Origin: the human T2T-CHM13v2.0 reference genome, Homo sapiens
Strand: one strand, 5' to 3'
Assembly (NCBI RefSeq): GCF_009914755.1
Contig: NC_060930.1
DNA: 64,000 bases
The notes below the pieces were generated by a model. That model saw only the letters and a program-made list of their open reading frames with translations, ran no database searches and was not told the DNA's origin. Below are positions 1 to 12,369 of this stretch, one piece after another. Each line of letters begins with the position of its first letter. Position 1 is the stretch's first letter. The position numbers and the translations under genes are program-made.

Positions 1-757
1 GACACAACAGCAATTCCGTTAAACTGGAAGTTAAGATTGCCACCTGGACACTTTGGACTCCTGCTATCTTTAAATCAACAGGCTAAGAAGGGAGTTACAG
101 TGTTGACTGAGGTGATTGACCTGGACTATCAAGATGAAATCAGTCTACTACTCCACAGCAGAGGTAAGGAAGAGTAAGCATGGAATACAGAAGATCCATT
201 AGGACATCTCTTAGTATTACCATGCCCTGTGATTAAGGTCAATGGGAAACTACAACAGCCCAATCCAGGCAGGACTACAAATGACCCAGACCCTTCAGGA
301 ATGAAGGTTTGGGTCACTCCACCAGGGAAAAAACCACAGCCTGCTGAGGTGCTTGTTGAAGGCAAAGGGAATACAGAATGAGTAGTAGAAGAAGGTGGTC
401 ATCAATACCAGCTACGACCACGTGACCAGCTGCAGAAACCAGGACTGTAATTGTCATGAGTATTTACTCCTTCTTTTGTTAAAAACATGTTTTTGCATGT
501 ATACACTTGTACTAAGAAAATATCTTTATTTTGTTTCCTTTCTCCTTTATCATGTGATGTAAGATTTATTGACTTGACATCAACATTTAAGTATTGTTAA
601 CTTTATGTAATAGTATTTGGGTTGGGGATTGGTGTGTTTCCAGTTGTATGAAGGATAGTTATGTTAGGCATAATTATGACCTTATTATTGTCTTTATTTG
701 AATATTATGTATGATCTCAGGAGATGTGTATGGGTTCAAGTTGACAAAGGGTGGACT
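1..757 (+). mobile_element. HERV-L (ERVL) internal 3' end: degenerate dUTPase/pol C-terminus, 3' non-coding region and PPT
   Basis: Frame 1 (1-450) reads DTTAIPLNWKLRLPPGHFGLL...EVIDLDYQDEISLLLH...GMKVWVTPPG with two internal stops; VIDxDYQxEI is dUTPase motif III. Purine tract gacaaagggtggac lies just before the LTR. Confidence 0.9.
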
Positions 758-1207
758 TGTGATGGTTAATACTGAGTGTCAACTTGATTGGATTGAAGGA
801 TACCAAGTATTCATCCTGGGTGTATCTGTGAGGGTGTTGCCAAAGGAGATTAACATTTGAGTCGGTGGGCTGGGCAAGGCAGACCCACCCTTAATCGGGT
901 TGGGTACCATCTAATCAGCTGCCAGCATGGCTAGAATATAATAAGCAGATAGAAAATGTGAAAAAAGGTACTGGCCTAGCCTCCCAGCCTACATCTTTCT
1001 GCCATGCTGGATGCTTCCTGCCCTTGAACATCAGACTCCAAGTTCTTCAGTTCTGGAACTTGGACTGGCTCTTCTTCCTCCTCAGTCTGTAGATGGCCTA
1101 TTGTGGGACCTTGTGATCATGTGAGTTGTACTTAATAAACTATATATATATATATATATATATATATTCCTTTAGTTCTGTCCCTCTAGAGAACGCTGAC
1201 TAATACA
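758..1207 (+). mobile_element. MLT2A-type LTR (HERV-L 3' LTR) with internal (TA)n
   Basis: Starts tgtgatggttaatactgagtgtcaacttgattgg and ends gactaataca; AATAAA near 1134 followed by (TA)n at about 1141-1166. Confidence 0.9.
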
Positions 1208-1370
1208 GACCCTGAACACAGGAGAAAATCAAAAATAATTTTCCACATCTGGCTAAAACTATGAGCCTTACTCTATCTAACTTACTCTGTTTTATCCTGA
1301 GCAAGTTTATTTTATACCTTCAAGTCTACGATTTTTATTGGATTCCCTTCCCCACCCCAATTTATGTCTT

Positions 1371-1868
1371 TGTGGCAGAATAATCTTAGAGAGTCTTAGA
1401 TAGTTTTGGGAGGAACTCTTTCCTCTACCATTTGAGGTTCCAGTGGTTGGAGGCCTGCGAATTCACTGACAATAGATTAATAAGAAAAAAAACAAGGTTT
1501 ATTTCCATGTGCATTTGAGAGTTGCTCAATGATGAGCAACTCACTGAATAACCGGAGATAAGAATTTATATAACAATTTAATGGGAGGGGAGGGGCTTGT
1601 GGTGTTAGAACTTGAAGGGGAACAATGGGAAAGTACTACTGGGCTTTTTGATGCTAATAGGAATGGACAGTCTGTGTCTCTTTGGCAGCTGAATTAGCAG
1701 GAAGCTCCCTTGGAGGGTGGCTAATGGTAGCTGTATTTTGGGGAGGGTCTGCTATAGTCAGATCAGAGATGTTCAGATAAGATTCCTTTCGGCATATTCT
1801 GTAGCTCAAATGTTTTCACTTTAAAATAATCTTTATGCCAACTTTGGGGGTCTAAATGGGCCCCCACA
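1371..1868 (-). mobile_element. Old solo LTR, MER34/MER39-like (subfamily uncertain)
   Basis: TG...CA-bounded ~500 bp; minus-strand AATAAA (tttatt near 1498); aaaataatctttatgccaa end resembles the MER34 group. No clear TSD. Confidence 0.4.
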
Positions 1869-3069
1869 GATGTTAAGTATGGCTTACTCATATCTTAGGA
1901 ACTCACAAATTCAAGTTTTCAAGAAAACAAAATGATTTTAATATCTCCCTAAAAAGTAAAACAGGGTATATTCTCCAAAAACAGGTATAACACTTCATTC
2001 CTTATAAGCATACATTTTATTGCCCTTCTAAAATTCAGATAACAACTTTTAACAGCTGGATATCTCATGTTTGCCTAGAACAACGAGGTATGCATCACCA
2101 GAAGGGATTGGAATGTGTTTTCTTTCTTTTTTTATGGTTCCTTGTAGCTTACCCATCATCAAGTTGTTGATGGTAGAGAATCACTACTGGATCAAGGACC
2201 AGATTATCCTTAATAACCTAATCATCAGCCTGTTCAGAAAATTTTGGCTTTAATCCCTAGTGGGTGAGCTCTTAGTAATCTCTTCCAGACTATTGTGAAG
2301 TATGCTATACTAAGCTCTATCAGTGTTTTACCAGAAATTCTCTTCCTTGAGTACTAATCCTAATGCTTGTGAGACAGGATATTGTCTTGGGACATTTAAA
2401 AATGTTGCCTTCAATTTTACTATTTTAAAATATTTATTGAGTGCCATTGAACCAGAGACCTTTGGAAAGGTCTTATTACAAAAGGAGCCTCAGGGTTGTG
2501 TATGCCTTTCCCAGGAACAAGAAAATTAAAGATAATGAGAATCCAGAAAAAGCACACATGAATGTATATATAATCATCTCCTCTGTTTTGTTTCAGTCTT
2601 AAGATAGTACCACCAAAGCATCCTTACTGACATCTACACAAAAATATTCTGTATTTTTGGTCTTTGAAAAATTAATATTTTCCCTCCATTTTTGATGATG
2701 TGGGAGTTCTGTAGGAGTTCTTATACCAGTTTTAGGTCAGTTTTGAAGTTTTATGGGACAACGCTTGCTGTTTTCCACACCAGAAGTCACTTTATTTGAA
2801 TACCATACTTTTTTTTTCCTGCTAGCATACTGGCAAAGACTATTGGAAAAAAAAAAAGTGTGTAAAATTTGATTTTATTGCTACCCTAAGGTGGCATAAT
2901 TAGCCATAAGGTGGAAATGTGAGAAATCTCCCACTTTGCAAAAGGATGTCAGCGTATCGGACCTCTGGGCTCTATGGAAATTGGTAATAAATTCTTAGAA
3001 CTTTGTACCTAATGCAGAGAATTGTTTAGTTAGTTGCTATCATAAAAACAGAGAGGCATGCCCTTCTTT

Positions 3070-3590
<521 letters not shown>

Positions 3591-3672
3591 TCAAGGTAAC
3601 TAAAACACATGTATTAATTTTCTCTTTGGGGAACAATGTTGGCTAATCTTTCTATTCTGTGCAAACCTAAAT

Positions 3673-3810
3673 TGTTATGGGCTAAATGTGTCCCCCTCAA
3701 AATTCATGTTAAAGCACTAACCCTCTTATTAGGTATTATTCAGAGATGGGGTTTTTGACAGGTAATTAGGTCATGAGGGTAGAGTCCATATAATAGAATT
3801 AGAGCCATTA
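3673..3810 (+). mobile_element. MLT1A/MST-type MaLR LTR, 5' part only
   Basis: tgttatgggctaaatgtgtccccctcaaaattcatgtt...ggtaattaggtcatgagggtagag. Confidence 0.75.
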
Positions 3811-3825
3811 GAAAAAAAAAAAAAA

Positions 3826-4045
3826 GGAAACTTTTTCTCTGCTCTCACACCACAGCAATCAACACAAAAGACTTCTGTGACCAAATGTGTGAGGGTTTTT
3901 CCCCACACACCAAGCAAGCAATTAGTTGTATAGGAGACACCAGCTGGGTGTCCTCTAATTTGATTCAATTCTGACACTGTCTACCTGAAGTTAGCATCAG
4001 ATCCCACAGGTTGAGGGCTCAGTGCCACAAGACTGCCTCCACTTC
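3826..4045 (-). mobile_element. MER21-type LTR, left piece (split by the Harlequin provirus)
   Basis: gacttctgtgaccaaatgtgtg...gacaccagctgggtgtcctctaatt...gagggctcagtgccacaagactgcc; continues colinearly at 11744. Confidence 0.8.
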
Positions 4046-4500
4046 TGTAGCAGGACAAGCTGCAGACAAAACCCCTCAGACACCGAGTTAAGGAAGGAAA
4101 GGCTTTATTCAGCTGGGAGCTTCGGCAAGACTCACATCTCCAACAACCGAGCTCCCCAAGTGAGCAATTCCTGTCCCTTTTAAGGGCTCACAACTTTAAG
4201 GGGGTCCATGTGAGAGTGTCGTGATTGATTGAGCAAGCAGGGGGTACATGACTGGGGGCTGCATGCACCGGTAATTAGAATAGCACAGAACAGGACAGGG
4301 ATTTTCACAGTGCTTTTCTATACAATGTCTGTAATCTATAGATAATATAATCGATTAGGTCAGGGGTTGATCTTTAACGGCCAGGCCCAGGGTGTGGCAC
4401 CAGGCTGTCTGCTTGTGGATTTCATTTCTGCCTGTTAGTTTTTACTTCTTCTTTCTTTGGAGGCAGAAATTGGCCATAAACAATATGCTCTCCTCCCTTA
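4046..4500 (-). mobile_element. LTR2-family 3' LTR
   Basis: Minus strand begins taagggagga and ends gtcctgctaca; polyA signal (tttatt) at 4104-4109; PPT aaaggggtggaa immediately upstream on the minus strand. Confidence 0.9.
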
Positions 4501-4523
4501 TTCCACCCCTTTGAGAATTTCAC

Positions 4524-6589
4524 TCAATAGTGGGAGTTCTCACTTTCATTCTCACTACCTATGCCTTCTTGCAAGACAGAGCGATAGTGATTCATATAGT
4601 ACATTTGTGCTGAAGCATTTTGGTGAACTAAGGTAGCAATGAAGCTTTTTATCATTTGAAGAAGTACAGGTAGCAAACAAGGGAGCATTAAGCAGGTTTC
4701 TATTACTGTTATAACTCCTATTATAAGAGTTTTAAATATTTTTAGGACTGGGAACCATTTTCCAAACATGGCCCCAGGATCAAATCCATGCCACACTTGC
4801 ACGGGCACATGTGCCAGTTTTGTCATATTTCTAATAACTATGTCTTCAACTACTTGCCCTTGATCATCTATGTGTAGACAGCAATTAGTAAGGTTAAATT
4901 TTCTACAGACCCCTCCTTCAGCTGCTAGGAAGTAGTTGAGAGCCAATCTATTTTGATAGATAGCATTTATCATCTGAGTTTCTTTCCAGGCCAGAATAGT
5001 CAAGGCTCTGCCGGTCTTATTAGTAATTATTTCTAAGACTGCTTGTAACGGTATGATTTGGTGAGCATGTAAATGGGGTTCGGGTATCCCCATGAGCTGT
5101 CTTGTGCCCAAGTACCAGGCCTATAATATTGTATGATTCTCTCAGGAGGCCATTCATCATCTTTTTAATTTTCTATAGCTATGCTTCTCTTTTTGCAGGA
5201 AGCACAGACAGGGAAGGCCAGGAGTTCACCTGTCTTTATGGGCAGTAGGAATAAAGATGGTTTAATAGTGCCAATCACACAACTACCTGCCCACTAGTCA
5301 GGTAATTTGATGTAAGCTTTATGCCCGCATATCCAGTATAATCCAGTGGGGGCTGTCCAGTCCCGGTGGGACTCCAAGTGGGTTCACACGGTTTGCAACT
5401 TTGGGAATTTACTAAATGGATTTTTCTTTGTGTGGTTTGAACTCCAGCAGGTGGCTGTTTTTGTAGTAGTATTATACAGTTTTTGCCCAAGGCAGCTGAG
5501 TCTTCCCACAGGAAAGGTGAAGTCCTTCCCCACTCTTGCTATACAGTATTGTCAATGATTGAGGCTTTTAGGACCCAGAAGTTATCAGCATGATTCTTTT
5601 GAGCCGGGAATTAATCAGGAACTGGGTCTGTAGGTACTAATTCTCGGGCTTCCCGTGGCCATTGATCTCCTATTACAGTTCCTCTACATACATAACATGA
5701 AGTGACATTGAGAGACTGGGCCACATGCTCAACTAATTGCAAAGACAAATTTCTTGTTTTTCCTGGGATTTCTGGTACTGGTACATTCAGTTTATCATAG
5801 AAGTTGTGAAATACTGGCTCAGGAGAGCATTTATAAACTTCTCCTCAAACCACGATATTTACTCGAGGATCCAGTCCAGCCTCATCGATTTCTAGGGTTA
5901 CATGCTCCCCTTTTTTCCAGCGAGGATCAAAGGGGTTGGTTATTACTAGTTCTAAGGGTTTACACTGACCACTGGTACAGGAAAGGCCACTTTTCCCTTT
6001 CTGAAGGTGGACAGGATCCTTTTTATTATTTATCCAAGTAGCCTAAATGACACAAGACTAGTATCTACATTCATTTCCACACAGTCCTAATTCATGAAAA
6101 ATGTAATTATTTTCTGCCATATAGCCTCTTTCCTAATTAAGAGAACTACATCCTATTCCTAACTTATTACTATTAATGACAGCACAGGCATCAAACTTCA
6201 AGGTGACTTGTTTGGGCACCCCTTTTACTTTTGTTTTGGCTAACACTTTACTCGTATGATTTATGAGCCCCCACCATTCCTCAGTCCTTAATCTTATTTC
6301 AAAAACTGTGGTCATTGGAGGCTCAGATGGGTCATAACACACATCAGGTTGGTGATTTCCTGGGCTACATACCTTGCATAGAATAGCATTATACAAATAT
6401 GTTTCTTTTTAGAGTCCCAGTACACTTGTAATAATCATAAAATAATAGGACTGTAGCAACTTTTTGTCCTACCTCAGTGACTTGATGTATACACTGGGAA
6501 CAGTGCTCAGTCTGAGGAAGGTCATTTAAAGTCCTTACTGTACAAGTCCAAATTTTAAGGAAAATGAGTCCCGCGATGAGTTTTCTCAT
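4524..6589 (-). pseudogene. env: HERV-E-type env, disrupted; TM segment open at 4524-5111
   Basis: Signal peptide MRKLIAGLIFLKIWTC at 6589; SU fragments in several frames; furin site reads CKKR and is followed shortly by a stop; TM has an ISD (YQNRLALNYFLAAEGGVC), a C-x7-CC motif and a hydrophobic anchor. Confidence 0.9.
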
Positions 6590-6699
6590 GCTTCGGCCAT
6601 GCATCAACTTCTGGGTATGACTGGAGCAGGGCTTGTCATCTTCTTCAGAGTCACTTTGCAGGGGCTGGCGAAGCTGCTTCTGTCCATGTACAGCTCACA

Positions 6700-7225
6700 G
6701 TCTACTGATGTTCAAGGATGGTTTCGGAGGTTGGGCCCACTAAAATAAACTGAGTCCAACAACTCTACATAGTTATGTTCAACTGGGCTCTCTGATACCG
6801 GGAGCAAGGTGGCAGGGTTTAGGGTGTTGCAAACTTCAATGATTATGTGGGGATTTTCACATAGCAAGCTTTGGTACTTGGTTAATCTGGCATTTGTTAA
6901 CAATGATGTCCTTTGGTAATCATTAAAGTTACCACAGCATGGGGGGTCTTTATATTCAGGTTTTACCCAAGGGTTAGTTTATCTGCTTCTTGCGCTAACA
7001 GGGCCATTGCTGCCAGGGCCCTTAGACATGGGGGCCAGGCTTTGGAAATTCCATTTAGTTGTTTTGAGAGATAGGCCACTGGCCTTAGCCAGGGACCTAT
7101 AGTCTGGGTTAAAACTCCAACTGCCATTTTTTCTCTTTCTGACACATAGGGTATAAAAGGTTTTATCAGGTCAGGTAGCCCCAAGGCTGGGGCCGACATG
7201 ATTTCTTTTAACTCATGAAAAGCTC
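6700..7225 (-). pseudogene. pol: HERV-E-type pol fragment (RT connection/tether region)
   Basis: SAPALGLPDL..PF..YVSER..MAVGVLTQ..GPW.RPVAYLSKQL...WPPCLRALAA and TNARLTKYQSLL...LNPATLLP are gammaretroviral pol motifs. Confidence 0.9.
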
Positions 7226-8405
7226 ATTGCTGTTGGTTGTAATAGATGTAGTTTATCCAATTTACATTTTTATTAAGTGTCACCTACCAAAATATTGACT
7301 CAAATCCTGCAGCTATTTGATTTCAAGCTTTAAATTGATCTGGTATTCTCCATGGGACTCCAATTGTGTCTAAATGGATGTGAGAGTCGAAAGACCCATA
7401 AGGGGCTCCTCTCGCTTTACAATGTCTTATTTTCCTCCCTCTGGTTGATAAAATGCCAGGGTGAAAGGGATAGCCAATTGGACTAAAGTACAAGAGCCAC
7501 TCCAGTTATTCGGCAGAGTGCCCAGTAAAGATCCACCACAATACCACCACACATCTGCTCGGGGATGAACAAGGGCTGACTGATTGATAAGCTCTTGAAA
7601 ATTTTTAAGCTCACCGCATCCTTTCAGGTCTCCAAGGGATGCTAAGTTTCCTCCCTGTCATGAGAGACACGAAGTGAACTTAGTGTTGGGAAATGGAGGC
7701 TGGATGGCCCTCAGGGGCTGACCCACAGGGTGCTGGACTTTGGGATATAGCAAGAGAGCTTGGCACGACTTATTACTCCAGGCTGTAGAATCCTGGAAAA
7801 GAGCTACCATGCAGCCCATGCCTGGTCGACTGGAGGACCACCTTAGTGGAAAGGGGACAATCTGGGCCTCTGGCCTGCCATGTGCACAAGCATAACAATT
7901 GCTTTTGTTTAACGTGCAGGTGGAATATTTGATCCATTCCAACGAGGCATTTGCATCTTGGTATGCTGTCTTAATTGCCAAAGTTTGTTTTAAGTCTTTA
8001 ACTTCCATGATCGTCTAGTAAAATGAATGTGTGATTTTGGGAAATTACAAAAATTGGTTGGGGCAGTCCATCCTTTCTCTTTAGTGGTCCACAGAATGTT
8101 GGACCAACTACGGCATAAAAGCTCTACATTGGGGAGCAACACTCCTGGTTGACACTGGAGTCTTTATCAAAATTTCCCTGGATTAAGTGGTCCTAATTTA
8201 CTAATGCCCAGTCTGAGGAGAGTCAGGAAGGAAAGAGGTAGTTTTCTGAAGTAGAGAGCTGTCTTTCACTTGGCAAGTCCCCACAGGGTATAACAAGGCA
8301 AGCATTAAATGCAATAGTTTGAGGCAAAATCGACTTGCTTATGTTAATAACCAGATGGTCAGCAATAGAGCGAGGAAAGAAGAAAGTAATAGAATGACGA
8401 AAGAG
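7226..8405 (-). pseudogene. env: Second env relic, HERV-I/IP10-like (SU plus start of TM)
   Basis: EVKDLKQTLAI...WIKYS..TLNKSNCYACAHGRPEAQIVPFPL, ADVWWYCGG, DTIGVP and IYYNQQ; no resemblance to the downstream HERV-E env. Confidence 0.75.
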
Positions 8406-8650
8406 TTAAATTTTTCTTAGTGTTAGTTTGGCAGGGTTTTCCCCTGGGACTGTGGCCCACGACTCTGGAGGGGGTGGCGCTTTGACTCTGGTGTGATGAG
8501 TCCATCCCTTTTCCGCTGTACGAACAGCAGTCTTGGTGGTAGCAGCACAAGATAGGGTCCTTCCCAGGCTGGCTTGAGTTTTTCTTCTTTCCACCCTTTG
8601 ATAGGAAGGTGATCTTCAGGCTGGTGCTGGTTTACTGGAAATTCTAGGGG
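8406..8650 (-). pseudogene. pol: Integrase C-terminal relic (HERV-I-like)
   Basis: TTKTAVRTAEKGWTHHTRVK matches the gammaretroviral IN C-terminal W(I/T)HxxRVK motif. Confidence 0.75.
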
Positions 8651-10304
8651 TGGTACTTGTACTAAAAGACTTTTAGTTTTGAGGGAAAGGAAAGTGGAAG
8701 ATAAACCAAGTATATAATTTCTAAGAAACTGACTTTTTCTTTTAAATGTGGGGACATCAACAGTGGACTTTGGTCTTTGGTGCCTTCTTGCTGAGAAATT
8801 TCCTTTAGCATCTATTTTTATTAGTTTTTAGACAAAGAAAGCCAAACACCATTTTATATTTAATAATGCTTCTTGTATGATTTTTTTATACCAGATAAGC
8901 TAAATTTCACCTTTATATTTAATGTTAAACTTAGTTTTAATAAAACTTTGTATACATACTTATTCAATTTTTAATGTCAGACCATAAGGTAAGATTTTTA
9001 TAGATTCTTTTTAACCTTTTATAATCTCTGTTAAAGAGCAGGTTAGTGCTTTAAGAAAAACCCATTGTGTTTTCACTTTAATGTCCAGTTCACAGAAAAA
9101 CTGGATGATACTCGTTTAACTTTAGCTAATATGTTTACACACAGAATTTTTTTATATAATTAACATTTTAAAACTTGCTTAAACCTTCAAAACAAAAATT
9201 TTTTAACCTTTTAGTGTAGATAAAAATTTGCATTCTTATGCCTCCTTATAATCCTTTTATCAAAGGTATATTTTACTTTCCTTATACACCTTGCACATAA
9301 ACTTTTTTTTTTAATAGTTTTACATTCAGGAGGCCTAGTAACTTTTAAATTATACAACATTTCTTGCATAAATTCTTTTTTTATAACATTTTTCTCTTTC
9401 ATGACTTTTGTAGACAATTCTTCGACATGCCTCAACATTCTGACTTATTACAAACATTTCTGTCTTTAAACAACCAGTTAATTCAGGACAAGAATTTACC
9501 ATATAACACTCTTTTTACATAAATTCTGCCCCCCCCTTTTTTTCCCTTTTGTTTTTCGAGATGATAACCATTCTTTTCCAAAGCAAACTTCTTTTATGTC
9601 TGTGGACTAGACTGTCTAAGGCCACAAGATTAGAAGTTACTATAATACATATTACACTGTTAACTTTTAGCAAACTTTACTTCTGTTGAAACCCTTGTAA
9701 GTTTGGGACTTCAATTATCCTTTGCCATTAATAAGGCCTTGTTTTGTCCAAATTAACTTAGAATTGGTATAGATGGCATTTTTTTTTTCCCTTCAATTAC
9801 CTGGGAGGAACCATCGATCCTCCTGTCCTGAAGGGAGTTCCTCCTAGGTCTGGTTGGTCCTTTGTATGGTAATTTAGATTTAGATCCCCTATTAGGAAAC
9901 CTGCTGGGTTAAGGGAATTTTCAGTGGTTAATGTTAAATCATCCTTTTTTTTTTTTTTCGTTAGGATACTTCTGAACTGGTGAGGTGTGCTCACAATGAG
10001 GTTTCCTCTAAAAGTTATTTTTTTACTTTTTTCTGTTAGCAAAGCAGTTGCTGCTACAGATTGAATGCATTTGGGCCATCTGCAGGTTACTGGGTTAAGG
10101 ACTTTTGATAGGAAGGCCTCAGTGCTTTCGGGATACGCCCTTGTTTACACTGACAACAAAGTGGTATTGGAGTGTTATAGGGTAAGGAGAATACCTTCAA
10201 TTATAGGTTCTTAATTTACCTTGGCTTTTAAAGGAATAGTATACACTGTTTTTTTTCTTAACTGCTTGCATATCTCTGTCTTTCTTTCTTTCTCTCTTTG
10301 ATTT

Positions 10305-10359
10305 TCTGTCTCTTTTTCTCTTTGACTTTACTTTTGCATCTGTCTGTTTCTCTCTCTGC

Positions 10360-10400
<41 letters not shown>
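10305..10400. repeat. (CT)n / CT-rich tract in the provirus 5' internal region
   Basis: Direct reading; near-perfect (CT)n at about 10360-10399. Confidence 0.9.
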
Positions 10401-10401
<1 letters not shown>

Positions 10402-11263
10402 TGGTCTTTCCTTGCCTCTGCCAACCACCTATGTTGCTGTTCTCTCAACCACTGTGTGTGTGTGTGGAGGGTGGGTCTAAAACCAGCTATAACCAAGTGT
10501 CTATATATGGGAACTGGTCTGGGTGGCTTGGCTTACAGGTTACTTTGTGCCATACCTTTGAAACAAGGGACCTGTCCAGGCTTCCTTCTGATGGCCAACC
10601 CACCTCTAATGCTGGCCAGTCTATCTTACACAAAGTTTTAAGTTTTCCTGGTGTCATAGTACTCCATAGTCTCCCTTAAATCCTTTCTTGAAATTTCTGA
10701 ACATATTTCCTAGTGGGGTGGGCTTACTTTGTGCCTGACCCATGCTTCTTTGAGACAAAACACCATGCTCACACCACACGCACACCACAAAGAACAGGTA
10801 AAAAGGGCACACACACACTTTTACAGTTTACACCAAACCAGAATCAAAACCAAAATCAGAGTATCAGGAAATCCAAGCCAGGTCAAAACCAAAACCAAAG
10901 TATCAAGCAATCCAAGTCAAGTCAAAAACAAAAACCAAAGTGCTGGTACAGGCACGTCGTGGGTGATCAGGCCATGCTTCCACTCAAATGGAATGGGCAA
11001 GTTCCAAAGACCAGTCTTACCAAGTTTCAGATGTCCGGACTCCAAGTGCCAGTTCCTTCCCGGTGTTCAGCCACTGCGTTGATCCTCCACGGGGGCCTGC
11101 CATGCACTGCTCTGGTGAGGCATTCCACTAGGGCAATTGCATACCCAGGAGTGCTCTCAGGATCTGTGTCACTCAAGCTGGCCGGAGTCCCCTGCAGGGA
11201 TGCTCCACAGGGCAGGCCTAAGCCACCTAAGGGACTGCCTCGACCGTCCGTTAATCACCTTGC

Positions 11264-11281
11264 TTCCCGGTCAGGGAACCA
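11264..11281 (-). promoter_or_regulatory. Primer-binding site for tRNA-Glu
   Basis: Plus strand ttcccggtcagggaacca equals the last 18 nt of tRNA-Glu(CTC) including CCA; 5 nt from the 5' LTR. Confidence 0.92.
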
Positions 11282-11286
11282 AAAAA

Positions 11287-11743
11287 TGTAGCAGGACAAG
11301 CCACAGACAAAACCCCTCAGACACCGAGTTAAAGAAGGAAAGGCTTTATTCGGCTGGGAGCTTCAGCAAGACTCACGTGTCCAACAACCAAGCTCCCCAC
11401 ATGAGCAATTCCTGTCCCTTTTAAGGGCTCACAACTTTAAGGGGGTCCTCGTGAGAGGGTCATGATCGATTGAGCAAGCAGGGGGTATGTGACTGGGGGC
11501 TGCATGCACCGGTAATTAGAAAAGGACAGAACAGGACAGGTATTTTCACAATGCTTTTCTATACAGTGTCTGTAATCTATAGATAACATAACCGATTAAG
11601 TCAGGGGTTGATCTTTAACTACCAGACACAGGGTGTGGTGCCGGGCTGTCTGCTTGTGGATTTCATTTCTGCCTTTTAGTTTTTACTTCTTTCTTTGGAG
11701 GCAGAAATTAGGCATAAGACAATATGAGGGGTGGTCTCCCTTA
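11287..11743 (-). mobile_element. LTR2-family 5' LTR
   Basis: Minus strand begins taagggagaccacccctcatattgtcttatgcc; about 35 substitutions plus a few indels relative to the 3' LTR by manual alignment. Confidence 0.92.
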
Positions 11744-12369
11744 CTTCCAATGCCAGTTGCAAACCCAGGTTTTTGTTTGTTTGTTTGTTTGTTTAACCTG
11801 TGCTTCTGACCAACTGGCTATAAATCAGCATCCTATGACTTCCTCTTTAGGTTCGCTTAGTTTGGTAGGGCAGCTCACAGAACTCAGGGAAACATGTTTA
11901 CTGGTTTATCATGAAGGATATTGCAAAGGATACAGATGAAGAGATGTATAGGGTGAATTATGGGAAGGGGCATGGAGCTTCCATGCCTTCCTTGAGTGCA
12001 TCACTCTCCAGGAACCTCCACGTTTTTAGGTGTCCAGAAGGAAGCTCCCTGAAGCCAGTCCTTTTGGGTTTTTATGGAGGCTTCATTATGCAGGCATGAT
12101 TGAGTAAATCATTGGCCATTGGTGATCAACTCAACCTTTAGTCCCTCTCCCCTCTGAAAGATAGGGGGTGCTGAAAGTAGAAACCCTCTAATCCTGCCTT
12201 GATCTTTCTGGGGACCAGCCCGTCATTCTGAAGCTACCTGGGGGCTGCCAGGCATCAGTGAACTCATTAGCATACTAAAAGAGGAATTACCTTGAGGATT
12301 CCAAGGATTTTAGGAGTTGTATGCCAGAAAACCAAGATGAAGGCCAAATATATATTTTAGAATATCACA
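11744..12369 (-). mobile_element. MER21-type LTR, right piece
   Basis: acctgtgcttctgaccaactggctataaatc...cagctcacagaactcagggaaaca...ccaaatatatattttagaatatcaca. Confidence 0.8.

Larger units (their letters stand above)
4046..11743 (-). mobile_element. Harlequin-type (LTR2/HERV-E mosaic) provirus, two LTRs, gag-less and defective
   Basis: Homologous LTRs at 4046-4500 and 11287-11743; 4-bp TSD CTTC at 4042-4045 and 11744-11747; tRNA-Glu PBS; PPT at 4501-4512; internal HERV-E env/pol and HERV-I-like env/IN relics. Confidence 0.9.

Noticed and set aside
11264-11281. tRNA-Glu gene
   Set aside because: Only the 18-nt 3' end including CCA is present, next to an LTR; it is a PBS.
10713-11291. 192-aa plus-strand ORF with QNQNQS repeats
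   Set aside because: Antisense to the proviral leader; the low complexity comes from (AAACC/AAGTC)-type short repeats; GTG start and no protein resemblance.
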